A DNA stretch of 59,313 nucleotides, the filler included, from Candidatus Lindowbacteria bacterium RIFCSPLOWO2_12_FULL_62_27 (lineage in GTDB: Bacteria; Lindowbacteria; 2-12-FULL-62-27): NCBI GenBank assembly GCA_001784175.1. It is 4 parts of 4 records of this genome, joined end to end, with 100 filler letters (N's around TTAATTAATTAA, not from the genome) between each part and the next. Parts side by side here need not be neighbours in the genome. Positions count along the whole stretch, not along the records: positions 1 to 15,753 come from MFPR01000025.1; 3 more parts are not named here. One strand, given 5' to 3'. Every line of letters starts with the position of its first letter. The stretch's first letter is position 1. Made by a program: the position numbers and the translations under genes. Positions 1 to 9,026 of the stretch are shown one piece after another. The notes below the pieces were generated by a model, which was given only the letters and a program-made list of their open reading frames with translations, made no database searches and was not told where the DNA came from.

Positions 1-100
1 CATCAGCATGACCTCCTGTTTTTTGGTGTTGTCCTTCGTCAGTCAACACCTTAGCGAGGTCATGCATCATTTTTCAACTAATTTTAGGACAAACTCTCCC
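1..100 (-). mobile_element. Possible end of an inserted element (AT-rich, with RBS and start codon) truncating the GNVGIGT gene
   Basis: The minus-strand repeat protein abruptly loses its repeat pattern near position 100. The following sequence is AT-richer and ends in CAGGAGGTCATGCTGATG (SD + ATG) running off the window. No transposase sequence is visible. Confidence 0.25.
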
Positions 101-3100
101 GAGGCCGTTGTTCGACATGACCCGCATCCGGCCGACGATGTGCAGGCTGTCCGTCGGAGTGGTCGTCCCGATCCCGACGTTGCCGCTCGCGCGGTAAAGC
201 GTGTCCCCCGCGGCGATGGTCCAGTCCGTGTCGGGACTGGCCGGGACGCCCGTCAGCCCCGCGCCGCTGCCCGCAAACGCGGTCGCCGTCACCGTGCCGT
301 TGACCTGCAGAGCCGTCGAGGGACTCGACGTGCCGATGCCGACGAACCCGCTCTGCTTGTTGGCCACCAGAACCGTGTCGGATATGACCACCGAGTCCGT
401 GATCTTCACCGATCCCACCACGTGCAAGCTGTCCGTCGGATTTACCGTGCCGATGCCGACGTTGCCGGTATCTTTGATGATGACAACACGACCCGCGGTT
501 GATGTAAAAAAGTCGATGTCCTTATTGAAGTCACGAATGACTGTTCCGGACGCGTTTCCATATGAACGCAATAAAAGTCCCGCGTCCCCATCCGGACTGA
601 CAATTTCCATTCTTTGATTTCCCGGCCCGCCAACAGCCAACAACATCGATGTTGGTTCCATCCCGATGCCGACTTTGCCGTTGTTGTTGACGACAAACGT
701 CCCTGACGCGTTGTTCGCTGTGACGCGCATCGTGCCGAGAACGTGCAGACTATCGGCCGGGCCGGCCGTGCCGATGCCGACCTTGCCGCCCATGCGGTAG
801 ATGTCAGTCGCCGTCATCGTCCAGTCCGTGTCAGGACTGCTCGCGATGCCTGTGAGCCCCGCGCCGCTGCCCACAAACGACGTCGCCGTCACCGTGCCGT
901 TGACTTGCAGAGCCGTCGAAGGACTTGCCGTGCCGATGCCGACGTTGCCGCTCTTTAATACAACCAACCGCGTATCTCCCACCGCAAGCGAATCCGAAAC
1001 CAGGACACTGCCTACAACATCCAGTTTCCCGCCCGGCGCCGTTGTCCCGATGCCGACGTTGCCCGCTCTTGTAACAACCAAACTATCCCCCGCCGGTCCG
1101 CCCACCGCGAACGAATCCGACACGTGCGCTCCGCCCGACACATCAAATTTTGCTCCCGGAGTTTCCGTGCCGATGCCGACGTTGCCGGCAAATGAGCTTG
1201 TTCCTGTGCCAATAATAATGGCAGATGGACGTTGCGCGGCGTCGCCAATGGCATATGAGTTATCGGCGTTCGGATATAATTTTCCACCGCTATAGCCGAA
1301 TGTCCAAGTCTGTCCGCCAGAACCGCCAGCAGAGCCACCGCCGCCAATCACAACGTTATTAGCGCCATAAGCTTGAACAGTTAATGTCCCACTTACAGGA
1401 TTCACAACATTGCCAATGAGCACGCCGCTGGACCGAATATTTCCCACAACATCCAAGGGGACGCTCGGCGTTCCCGTCCCGACCCCGACGTTGCCGCTCT
1501 TTGAATTGACCACGAAGACCGTGTCGCCAACCGTGATCGAATCCGAAACGCGCACCGTTCCGGCCACATGCAACGAGTCGCTCGGAGACGATGTGCCGAT
1601 GCCCACGTTGCCGCTCGCGCGATACACGTCGCTCGCCGTGATCGTCCAGTCCGTGTCCGCGTCCGACCCCGTGGACGTGAGCGACACCCACGCGCCGCCT
1701 TTCCGCCCCTCGAAATCCGATCCCGACCACCGAATCGCGCCGTCCGCCGCCGATGCCGCCGCGTTCGTGTCCATCTGAATTCGGCCCGCCACGTGCAGGC
1801 TGTCCCCCGGCGTCGTCGTGCCGATGCCGATGTTGCCCGATGTTGAAACAACCAAGCGACTTGTACCGACTGCTAACGTGTCAGATATTAAAACATTGCC
1901 CGAAACATCCAACTTACCCTGTGGCGTAGTTGTGCCGATGCCGACGTTGCCGGTTGAATTCATTCTTAAATGCTCTGTCCATGCACCAGTGTTATAGATA
2001 GAGCGTGACCCAATCCTATACGTTCCATCAGAATCAAAGATCAGTGCCCCGCCATACATCAGCATGCCGTCTGAACTACTGATATAGGAACCTAGCGCGG
2101 CGCCTGAAACTTCAAGGTTGCCGTTGTTTGCTATTCTGACTTGTTCAGTCCAAGCATCTGTTGCCTTATCATATTTCCCTAAACTTATGTGATTCACGCC
2201 TGATGCTGCCCCGAATATTCGAAATTCGGAGGATTGTACGCCAAATCCCACAGCTTCTGTTGCGGATTCCCACACAGCAAGTTTCAGATTTGCATCACCA
2301 AACCCCAAAGATAACCTCGCCCCCGGTGTCGTTGTGCCGATGCCGACGTTGCCGTTTGTATCGATGACGAACGTACCCGTCACGTTCGACTGCATAACCC
2401 GCATCGGCCCGATCACGTGCAGAGAATCCGTGGGACTCGCCGTTCCGATTCCCACATTCCCGATGCTCTTGTAGATGTTCCCGCTCGTTCCGCCGAGCAT
2501 CGTCCAGTCCGAGTCGCCGGCGCCGCCTGCGATGCCCGTGAGCCCAGCGCCGCTACCCACAAAGGACGTTGCCGTCACTACGCCGTTCACGTCCAGCGCC
2601 GTCGAGGGACTTGTCGTCCCGATGCCGACGCGATTATTCGCCGCGTCCACATACAGCGTCGGCGAATCAACGTTCAACGTGCCTTCGATCTGCAAGCTGT
2701 CCGACGTCGAAGTTGTGCCGATGGCGACATTCCCGGAGAGTCTGTAGATCGTGCTCGCCGTCGCGATGGTCCAATCCGTATCCGCCGCGCCGGACGCCGT
2801 GACACCCGTCAGGAGCGATCCGTTCCCGACGAACTTGTTCGCCGTCACCGTTTCGGCAACCGAGAGCGCGCCGTAGGCGGCCGCGCCGGTGTCGAGGAAT
2901 TTGGCGATGAATGCGTAGGGGGAGGTCGTCAGGCGAATTTTTGGGGTCATGGCTTCGCCGGCCACGGTTACTTTGAGCCAGTACTGGGTATCAAACGCAA
3001 TGTTGAGCGGCGAGGTGACGCCCAGCCGCGTGCTGACGATGCCGTTCGACGGCGTCAGCGTCTGGTTTTCCGGACCCCAGACAGACACGCCGGCGTCATT

Positions 3101-3280
3101 GAAGATCTCGAAGTCCACGCTCTTGGAATGACCTCCTTTTGTTGGTTTCGTTTTCGTAGATGTCGGGAATGCGCAACTTGGGTTTCCAGTAAAACGGGTG
3201 CGCGGCGCCTTCGAAAATCTGCTTTTGCTCTGTAATGGCCGCCAGCACAACTTCGAGCGATGAACGAGTTTGATGTCCAC
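74..3280 (-). CDS. GNVGIGT-repeat fibre/adhesin-like protein, probably truncated at both ends
   Basis: More than a dozen GNVGIGT(T) repeats with D(T/S)DWT and TATSFVGSGAGLTG linkers, and an N-proximal W(L)xVTVxGExMTPxxRLTTSPYA domain typical of these proteins. The first ~50 aa are not a signal peptide, and no C-terminal chaperone domain is present. Confidence 0.8.
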   Translation of the reverse strand: MDIKLVHRSKLCWRPLQSKSRFSKAPRTRFTGNPSCAFPTSTKTKPTKGGHSKSVDFEIFNDAGVSVWGPENQTLTPSNGIVSTRLGVTSPLNIAFDTQYWLKVTVAGEAMTPKIRLTTSPYAFIAKFLDTGAAAYGALSVAETVTANKFVGNGSLLTGVTASGAADTDWTIATASTIYRLSGNVAIGTTSTSDSLQIEGTLNVDSPTLYVDAANNRVGIGTTSPSTALDVNGVVTATSFVGSGAGLTGIAGGAGDSDWTMLGGTSGNIYKSIGNVGIGTASPTDSLHVIGPMRVMQSNVTGTFVIDTNGNVGIGTTTPGARLSLGFGDANLKLAVWESATEAVGFGVQSSEFRIFGAASGVNHISLGKYDKATDAWTEQVRIANNGNLEVSGAALGSYISSSDGMLMYGGALIFDSDGTYRIGSRSIYNTGAWTEHLRMNSTGNVGIGTTTPQGKLDVSGNVLISDTLAVGTSRLVVSTSGNIGIGTTTPGDSLHVAGRIQMDTNAAASAADGAIRWSGSDFEGRKGGAWVSLTSTGSDADTDWTITASDVYRASGNVGIGTSSPSDSLHVAGTVRVSDSITVGDTVFVVNSKSGNVGVGTGTPSVPLDVVGNIRSSGVLIGNVVNPVSGTLTVQAYGANNVVIGGGGSAGGSGGQTWTFGYSGGKLYPNADNSYAIGDAAQRPSAIIIGTGTSSFAGNVGIGTETPGAKFDVSGGAHVSDSFAVGGPAGDSLVVTRAGNVGIGTTAPGGKLDVVGSVLVSDSLAVGDTRLVVLKSGNVGIGTASPSTALQVNGTVTATSFVGSGAGLTGIASSPDTDWTMTATDIYRMGGKVGIGTAGPADSLHVLGTMRVTANNASGTFVVNNNGKVGIGMEPTSMLLAVGGPGNQRMEIVSPDGDAGLLLRSYGNASGTVIRDFNKDIDFFTSTAGRVVIIKDTGNVGIGTVNPTDSLHVVGSVKITDSVVISDTVLVANKQSGFVGIGTSSPSTALQVNGTVTATAFAGSGAGLTGVPASPDTDWTIAAGDTLYRASGNVGIGTTTPTDSLHIVGRMRVMSNNGLGRVCPKIS

Positions 3281-3441
3281 TCCATGCCGCCGTTTCTCCC
3301 GTCAGGGCATGGAAGCACGGCCGAGCCGGTGCGTCAATGAAGGGCGGCGGATAGGGTCTCCGTCGACATGCCCTGCGGGGCGGGCCCCGGCATCGACCTT
3401 GCCGGTGGTTCACGGGACGCCGGTTCTGATAAAGTAAGTTA

Positions 3442-3470
3442 TTGACAAAAGAATCAATTACACATAATAT
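3442..3470 (+). promoter_or_regulatory. Sigma70-type promoter, leaderless geometry
   Basis: TTGACA(3442-3447)-17 nt-TAATAT(3465-3470), then 6 nt to ATG 3477, with no SD. Confidence 0.7.
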
Positions 3471-3476
3471 ATCGTC

Positions 3477-4241
3477 ATGACGCCTCTGTCGTTCGTCCTT
3501 CGGGAGTTTTTCCATCTGCAGTTCTTGAGGCATCTGGGCCTCCGGCTGGCCGGCAGGGATTACGCGCTCAAGGGGGGGATCGCTTTGCGGTTTTTCCACC
3601 GGTCGGCCCGGATGTCGGAAGACATCGACCTCGACGTTGCGTCGAGGGTTCGGCGGGCGACGCTTCAACGGGCGGTCGATTCCATTCTCGGCGGCCGGGC
3701 GTTTCTGGCGGCCTTCGCGGCCATGGGCGTCAGCCGCATCCAATTCTCCAGGCCCAAGCAGACCGAAACCACCCAGCGGTGGAAGATCGGGCTGGCGATG
3801 AGCCGGGATGTGGCATTCAGCACGCGGGTCGAATTCAGCCGCAGGCGCGACCGGATCGAGTGCCTGACCGGCATTCCGGACGCCGGCGTCCTGAACGCGC
3901 ACAAAGTCCCGCCGTTCGCCGTCCGGTACTACTCGGCGCACGACTTGGCCATCCAGAAAATCCGGGCCCTGGCCGCTCCGGCGCGCCACGCGGTTCGGGA
4001 TCTCTTCGATCTCGACCATCTCGTGACGATGGCCGGCGTTTCATTAGCCGATGTCCGGCAGGAGGTCAAGGAGGACGCCGAAAGAGCGGCGGAGAAAGCC
4101 GGGCGGTTCAACCTCAAGGATTTCAGGGCGCAGGTGCTGCCGTATCTTCCGGAGGACCTCGCTCCGGCCTGCGAAACCGCCGGCGCGTTCGAAGACTTGA
4201 AAGGCCGCGTCGAACGGGCGCTGATCGGGATTCTGCCGTGA
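3477..4241 (+). CDS. abiEii: AbiEii/AbiGii-family nucleotidyltransferase toxin (type IV TA)
   Basis: LKGGIAL...RMSEDIDL, KxxAL and RDLFDL motifs. Confidence 0.88.
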   Translation: MTPLSFVLREFFHLQFLRHLGLRLAGRDYALKGGIALRFFHRSARMSEDIDLDVASRVRRATLQRAVDSILGGRAFLAAFAAMGVSRIQFSRPKQTETTQRWKIGLAMSRDVAFSTRVEFSRRRDRIECLTGIPDAGVLNAHKVPPFAVRYYSAHDLAIQKIRALAAPARHAVRDLFDLDHLVTMAGVSLADVRQEVKEDAERAAEKAGRFNLKDFRAQVLPYLPEDLAPACETAGAFEDLKGRVERALIGILP

Positions 4242-4846
4242 CTTCCTCGGCCGCGCTCGTGCGATTGCTTCAATATCAGCACCTCCGCGTGTTCACGACC
4301 TCCGATCTGTCGACCTTGAGCGGCCTTGCCGGACCGGCGGCCGCTCAGGCGCTTCGCCGGCTGGCCCGCGAGGAACTCGTGGTCCGGATCAAACGCGGCC
4401 TATGGATGAACCATCTGGCCCCGGATATGAATCCCTGCGAAGCCGTTCCGTATCTGCGCGCTCCCTGGCCCGCCTACGTTTCGCTCCACAGCGCGCTGGC
4501 CGACCAGGGCGTGATCGAAGACATACCGCAGGTGGTCTACGGCGTGTCCGCGGCCATTCCGAAGCGATACCAGACGCCCGCCGGCGCATTCCACATTCAT
4601 CACCTCCCGGAGCGCCTGATGTGGGGGTACGACATGAAGCGGATCGGGCAGGCGTCGTATCCGATGGCGGATCCGGAAAAGGCGTTTCTGGACACCGTCT
4701 ATCTCTCCCTGATTCCGAGATCGCCGATCGAGATGCCGCGCAAACGGGGAAGGCGTTGGAATCTCGACCGGAGGAAACTGCGCGACTACGCCGGGCGATT
4801 TGGATTCGAGCCTCTGTCGGATTACGTGCGGAGAAATGATTTCTAA
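4238..4846 (+). CDS. abiEi: AbiEi-family antitoxin / transcriptional regulator
   Basis: GTG start overlaps the toxin stop (GTGA). N-terminal wHTH-like region (VFTTSDL...ALRRL...RIKRGLW), YVSLHSAL...GVI and ADPEKAFLD motifs. Confidence 0.85.
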   Translation: MTSSAALVRLLQYQHLRVFTTSDLSTLSGLAGPAAAQALRRLAREELVVRIKRGLWMNHLAPDMNPCEAVPYLRAPWPAYVSLHSALADQGVIEDIPQVVYGVSAAIPKRYQTPAGAFHIHHLPERLMWGYDMKRIGQASYPMADPEKAFLDTVYLSLIPRSPIEMPRKRGRRWNLDRRKLRDYAGRFGFEPLSDYVRRNDF

Positions 4847-4888
4847 CACGGACCCCGCGCTACCATCCGGGCAGCATCAGGCGACAAC

Positions 4889-4917
4889 TTGACGCGGAAC
4901 GTCCGCGGGGATATGAT
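4889..4917 (+). promoter_or_regulatory. Sigma70-type promoter, leaderless geometry
   Basis: TTGACG-17 nt-TATGAT, then 6 nt to ATG 4924. Confidence 0.65.
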
Positions 4918-4923
4918 GCGCGC

Positions 4924-5367
4924 ATGAAGCGTGGAGCGGCGTTGCTGGTGATCCTGACGGCCGGCTGGTGCGGACCGGCGGCGTTTGCCGGGGAGATGCC
5001 GGGGCCGGTCGAGACGCGACTGACGCGGATCGAGGAGGCCATCCTGCGGATTGAGGAGCAGAACCGGCAGACAATGAAATTGATCGATCTGACTCGAGAG
5101 GAGATGAACAAGCGGTTCGAGCAGGTCGACAGGCGGTTCGAGCAGGTCGACAGGCGGTTCGAGCAGGTCTATTGGGTGCTTGGAGTGTATTCCACGCTTC
5201 AGATTTTCATGCTCGGCTATATCATCCTGCTCGTGAAAGGGCTGACCCGCGTGGAGGAGAAACTGCTGCACAAAGCCGAGGAGGCGGAACTGTCCCGTTT
5301 GAAACAAACTGTCGACGCCATTCGCCGGGTACTCGAGGCCGAGGGGAAGAAGATCATCATTCCTTAA
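4924..5367 (+). CDS. Coiled-coil membrane protein with signal peptide, RFEQVDR heptads and one TM helix
   Basis: N-terminal hydrophobic signal (AAFA|G), heptad repeats, TM segment VYWVLGVYSTLQIFMLGYIILLV, and its own promoter. Confidence 0.75.
   Translation: MKRGAALLVILTAGWCGPAAFAGEMPGPVETRLTRIEEAILRIEEQNRQTMKLIDLTREEMNKRFEQVDRRFEQVDRRFEQVYWVLGVYSTLQIFMLGYIILLVKGLTRVEEKLLHKAEEAELSRLKQTVDAIRRVLEAEGKKIIIP
5112..5169 (+). repeat. 21-bp tandem repeat (about 2.8 copies) encoding RFEQVDR
   Basis: gcggttcgagcaggtcgacag repeated exactly. Confidence 0.9.
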
Positions 5368-6610
5368 TCCGCCCCCCGGCAGGAAATTCACCTCCCAGAT
5401 CGAATAGCCCCACGGCGTCGCCTTTTTGAGGCAGTCGATCCGCAGGAACCGGCATCGCGCCGGCGGAAACGCGATCCGGCGGCGCTCGTTGGACATGCCG
5501 TCGCCGACGGACGCGGCGGTCCGCCACGCGCGGCCGTCCTCCGACACCCGCACGTCGTACCGTTCCGCCGCCGCGACCTCCCAGACGATCTCGATGCCGG
5601 CCAGGTCGAGCGGTTTTTTGAACTCGATGTCGATCTGCGCCGTCGGCGCCGTCTGTTCGGAGGCCCAGCGCGTGGCCGTTTCGCCGTCAACCGCGAACTT
5701 GCCGAGGAACATCCGTTCGACGGACGACACCCGGACATCCCGCACTGGGTCCTTCACCCGGAACATCTGAACATGCTCGGTCAGCGCCTGTTTCAACGCG
5801 TCCGGCAGTGCGCCGCCGGAACGCTCGATCTGATACAGGTGTCCCATCGCGGCCTGACGCACATCGTCATTGACCGGCAGGCCGAGCCCCACGATCTCGC
5901 CGCAGAGCCGCGTCAGGCCCGCCGTGTCGCCGTCTTTCGCAGACAACTCCATCAAATTGATCGTGGCCCACTTCCACTGGCCCGTGAACCGCCAGTGATC
6001 CCAGCCATCGAGGAAATACGCGCGTGCGGCGGCCGTGTCGCCCTGCGCGGCGCTGTTCTCGCCAAGTTTCAGCGCGGCCCACGCGTACGGCGCGCCGGTC
6101 TGTTTGAACCGGTCATAAATCGTTTTCAGCCGCCGGTCGCTTTCCGCGGCGTCTTTTTCGACCTGCATATAACTTTCGCCGAGTTTCAAAAGCGCCCATG
6201 CCCTCAGCCGGTCAATATTCGCCGTCCGCGCGATTTTCTCGAGGATCGGCCGCGCCGCCGTGTGATCGCCGTTCATCAGGCGAAATTCGGCCATGCGGAA
6301 ATCCATCATGCCGCGGATGTCCGGCGCGTCTTCGAATGCGTCCGACAGTAGGTCGACGCACCTGCGGCGTATGTCGGAATTGTACATGTTGTTCCAGAGA
6401 TAATAGAGCGCCATCTCCGCCGCCTGCCGCCTGCAGGATGCGGGAAGGTCCGGCCGGCGGCACAGCGCGATGACCCGCTCCATGTCCTCGATCGGCGGCA
6501 GAAACTTCGCGTCGAATTCGATCTTGAGATTCCCTGTGAACGCGCGGCGGTTCATCACCCGCGCCGGCTCGCCGCCGAGAGAGGTCAGATACAGCACCCC
6601 GTCGGATACC
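5368..6610 (-). pseudogene. TPR-like helical region + F5/8 type C (discoidin) domain; C-terminal fragment of a disrupted signalling gene
   Basis: AWALLKLGE/AWAALKLGE TPR-like helices, and the discoidin motif AVDGETATRWAS...WEVAAAERYDVRVSEDG...RFLRI...WGYSIWEV. The ORF reads on to 4843 antisense to the 4924 gene, which looks spurious. Confidence 0.6.
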
Positions 6611-7430
6611 GGTCCGCCTTGTCCTTCGCGACGCACTTCAGGATGATCAGCTCGATCTCTTTCGGCAGATTCGGATCGAACGAGGAAGGCGGCATGGGCA
6701 TCTCGTTCAATACCGCCGCCCGCAAGTCCTGTTCCTTCGTGAATCGCCCGAACGGCGTTTTTTCCGTGAAGAGTTCATAGAGCGTCATGCCGAGGCCATA
6801 GATGTCCGACCGCTCGTCCACCGCGCCGAACGCGCCCCGCGCCTGCTCCGGGCTTTGGTAGGGTATTGAACTTCGCGAAACGCGCGCGCCTCTATGTTTC
6901 CCGGAGTCCTCCGTGGACACCGCCCCGCCGTAATGGATGACGATGGGCTTGCCGTCCGCGCCAAGCATGATGGTCCCGGGGTTCAGTTCCCCGTGGATGA
7001 CTCCCTTCGAATGCATGTACTGGACGGCGTCGATCACCGTCAGGGAGAGATGAATTTTCTGTTCGAGAGTCAGCCGGCGGCTGCGCAGGTAATCCCGGAG
7101 CGGCTCGCCTTCCACGTAATCCATCACGATGAACAGACGGTTCTCGCTTTCTCCGAAATCGTGAACGGCGGCGATGTTCGGGTGATTGAGTTTCGCCACG
7201 AGCCGAACTTCCCGGAGAAACTTCCCCTTGAACGCGGCCCGGTCCACCTGCGCTCCGGCATCGATCGTCCGGATGGACACCGTGCGGTTCAGGAGCGGAT
7301 CGAATGCCTTGTGGACAGCCCCCAACGGTCCCTCCCCCAGCGTCTCGAGGATCTCGTATTTCCCCAGAAACCGCTTCGACGCCTTATCGAGCCGCTCCCG
7401 TTCCGAATCGTAGAGGTGAGGGTTGAGATA
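6585..7430 (-). pseudogene. Hanks-type Ser/Thr kinase-fold segment with degenerate catalytic motifs
   Basis: GKYEILETLGEGPLGAVHKA...LNHPNIAAVHD...YQSPEQARG...DERSDIYGLG...DRYPT. The VAIK, HRD and DFG equivalents read VSIR, HGE and HYG. Out of frame with both neighbouring segments. Confidence 0.7.
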
Positions 7431-7439
7431 GGCCAGTTG

Positions 7440-8512
7440 AACAGAGCCTCGCCCGGATCGGCCACGGAGCAGAGGCGCGAGCCGACGTTCACGTTGTGCC
7501 CGATGACCGTGTAGTTGCTCCGGATATCCGATCCCACCTCGCCGACGACGACCTGGCCGGAGCTGATGCCGATGCCGATGTTGAGTTCCGGCTTCGCGGT
7601 CTTCCGCCAGCCTTCCATGATGTTCCGGTGCGCGTAGAGCATTTCGAGGGAGGCGAGGACCGCCATGTCGGCGTGATCGGACTGGTAGACGGGCGCGCCG
7701 AAGAGGATCATGATGCCGTCCCCGATGAACTTGTCGATCGTGCCCTTGTACCTGAGCGCGATGTTGATGACGCTTTCGGCGTACTCGTTCAGCATCGCGC
7801 GGACGCCCTCGGGCGTGATCGACTCGCTGACGGGCGTGAATCCTCTGAGGTCGACGAACATGACGGTGAGCTCGTAGCGTTCCGGCAGGGTGATGTCGCG
7901 GTCGTCTTTCTGGATCCGCTCGAGGATTTCGGGCGAGACGTATTTCTCGAAGTAGCTCTGGACTTTTTTCTGGAGCACGATGTTCTCGTTCAGCTTCTCG
8001 AAGAGCTTGGAGTTCTCGATGGCAACGGCCGCAAACGACGCGAGGCTGGTGAGGATGTACTCGTCGACGGCGTCGAACGCGCGACCGCCCTTCTTGTTCA
8101 GGACCTCGATCACACCGGTCAGGTCGCCCCGGGGGTTGAGCATGGGCGCGCCGAGAATGTTGCGCGTCCGAAATCCCGTGGTCCGGTCCACCGAGTCGTT
8201 GAAGAGAGGCTCGCGATAGGCGTCTTCGGTCTTCCAGACCTTCCGGTTGCGCGCGACGAACCCGGCGATGCCCTTGTCGGCCGCAAACCGGATTTGATCG
8301 GCCGTTCCCTAGGCGATCTTCGACCAGAGCTCGTCGCGCTGGGGGTCGTAGATGAAGAGGGAGGTGCGATCGACCTCAAGGACGCGGGTCAGGTGGTCGG
8401 TGATGAACGCGAGCAGAGTGTCGAGATCGGTTTCCGACGCCATGCGCCGGCCGATGTCGGCGATCATCTCCAGGGTGGAGACGTCGATGCGGCTGTCGGG
8501 CGGGTCAGGCAT
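7440..8512 (-). pseudogene. GAF + class III adenylate/guanylate cyclase with an in-frame TAG and truncated C-terminus
   Basis: GAF (DRTSLF..DELWSKIA*G...DRTTGFRTRNIL...GVIEVLNK) and cyclase (VMFVDLRGFT, IDKFIGDGIM, GIGISSG, YTVIGHNVNVGSRLC). TAG at 8309-8311 is in frame with both halves. Confidence 0.75.
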
Positions 8513-8541
8513 CCGTCGGGTGTGCGACCGGCTCCGCGTTC

Positions 8542-8570
8542 TTGCTTTTGTCCTGTCGATTCTGCATAAT
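8542..8570 (+). promoter_or_regulatory. Sigma70-type promoter, leaderless geometry
   Basis: TTGCTT-17 nt-CATAAT, then 6 nt to ATG 8577. Confidence 0.6.
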
Positions 8571-8576
8571 CATTCC

Positions 8577-8774
8577 ATGAAATACAAAGTTGGCTTGAAA
8601 AAGACGGAGGAAGGCTATTCGGTCTGGTGTCCGGGACTGCCGGGATGCTGGTCGCAGGGCAAGACGGAGCAGGAAGCGCTGGATAATATTCGCGACGCGA
8701 TTGAATCCTATCTGGTCACGGCCGCCGAACTGGCCGGAAAGGCCGAAACAAGAACTGTGGAGATTGCACTCTAA
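8577..8774 (+). CDS. hicB: HicB-family antitoxin (short, no DNA-binding domain)
   Basis: MKYKVGLKKTEEGYSVWCPGLPGCWSQGKTEQEALDNIRDAIESYL. Confidence 0.9.
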   Translation: MKYKVGLKKTEEGYSVWCPGLPGCWSQGKTEQEALDNIRDAIESYLVTAAELAGKAETRTVEIAL

Positions 8775-8777
8775 CCC

Positions 8778-8990
8778 TTGCCGAAGTTGCCGGGCGTGTC
8801 CCACGAGAGAGCCGTCAACGCGCTTCAAAAAGCCGGATTTTGGATCGCGCGCCAGGGCAAACACATCACGATGACGGATGGCCGCCGCATTCTCACGATT
8901 CCACGGGGGAATCCGATCGATGCCTTCACAATGGGCGGCATCGTCCGCGATGCCGGCATGACTATCGAGGAATTCAAACAACTGCTCTGA
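8778..8990 (+). CDS. hicA: HicA-family mRNA interferase toxin
   Basis: MPKLPGVS...ALQKAGF...RQGKHITM...TIP...TMGGIVRDAGMTIEEF, TTG start. Confidence 0.88.
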   Translation: MPKLPGVSHERAVNALQKAGFWIARQGKHITMTDGRRILTIPRGNPIDAFTMGGIVRDAGMTIEEFKQLL

Positions 8991-9026
8991 GTCTCCATTT
9001 CAACTCCCCAGTCACATGCCCGCACC

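Noticed and set aside
4860-4880. Displaced 3' end (LPGW*) of the discoidin gene flanking the 4924 cassette
   Set aside because: The match is only about three codons, too short to distinguish from chance.
4843-5367. Long C-terminal extension of the minus-strand 597-aa ORF as a true overlapping gene
   Set aside because: It is the antisense shadow of the 4924-5367 gene, probably exposed by loss of the stop after the discoidin domain.
8309-8311. Amber stop-codon reassignment
   Set aside because: TAG terminates intact genes here (16813, 18786, 19678), and the same gene has other lesions.
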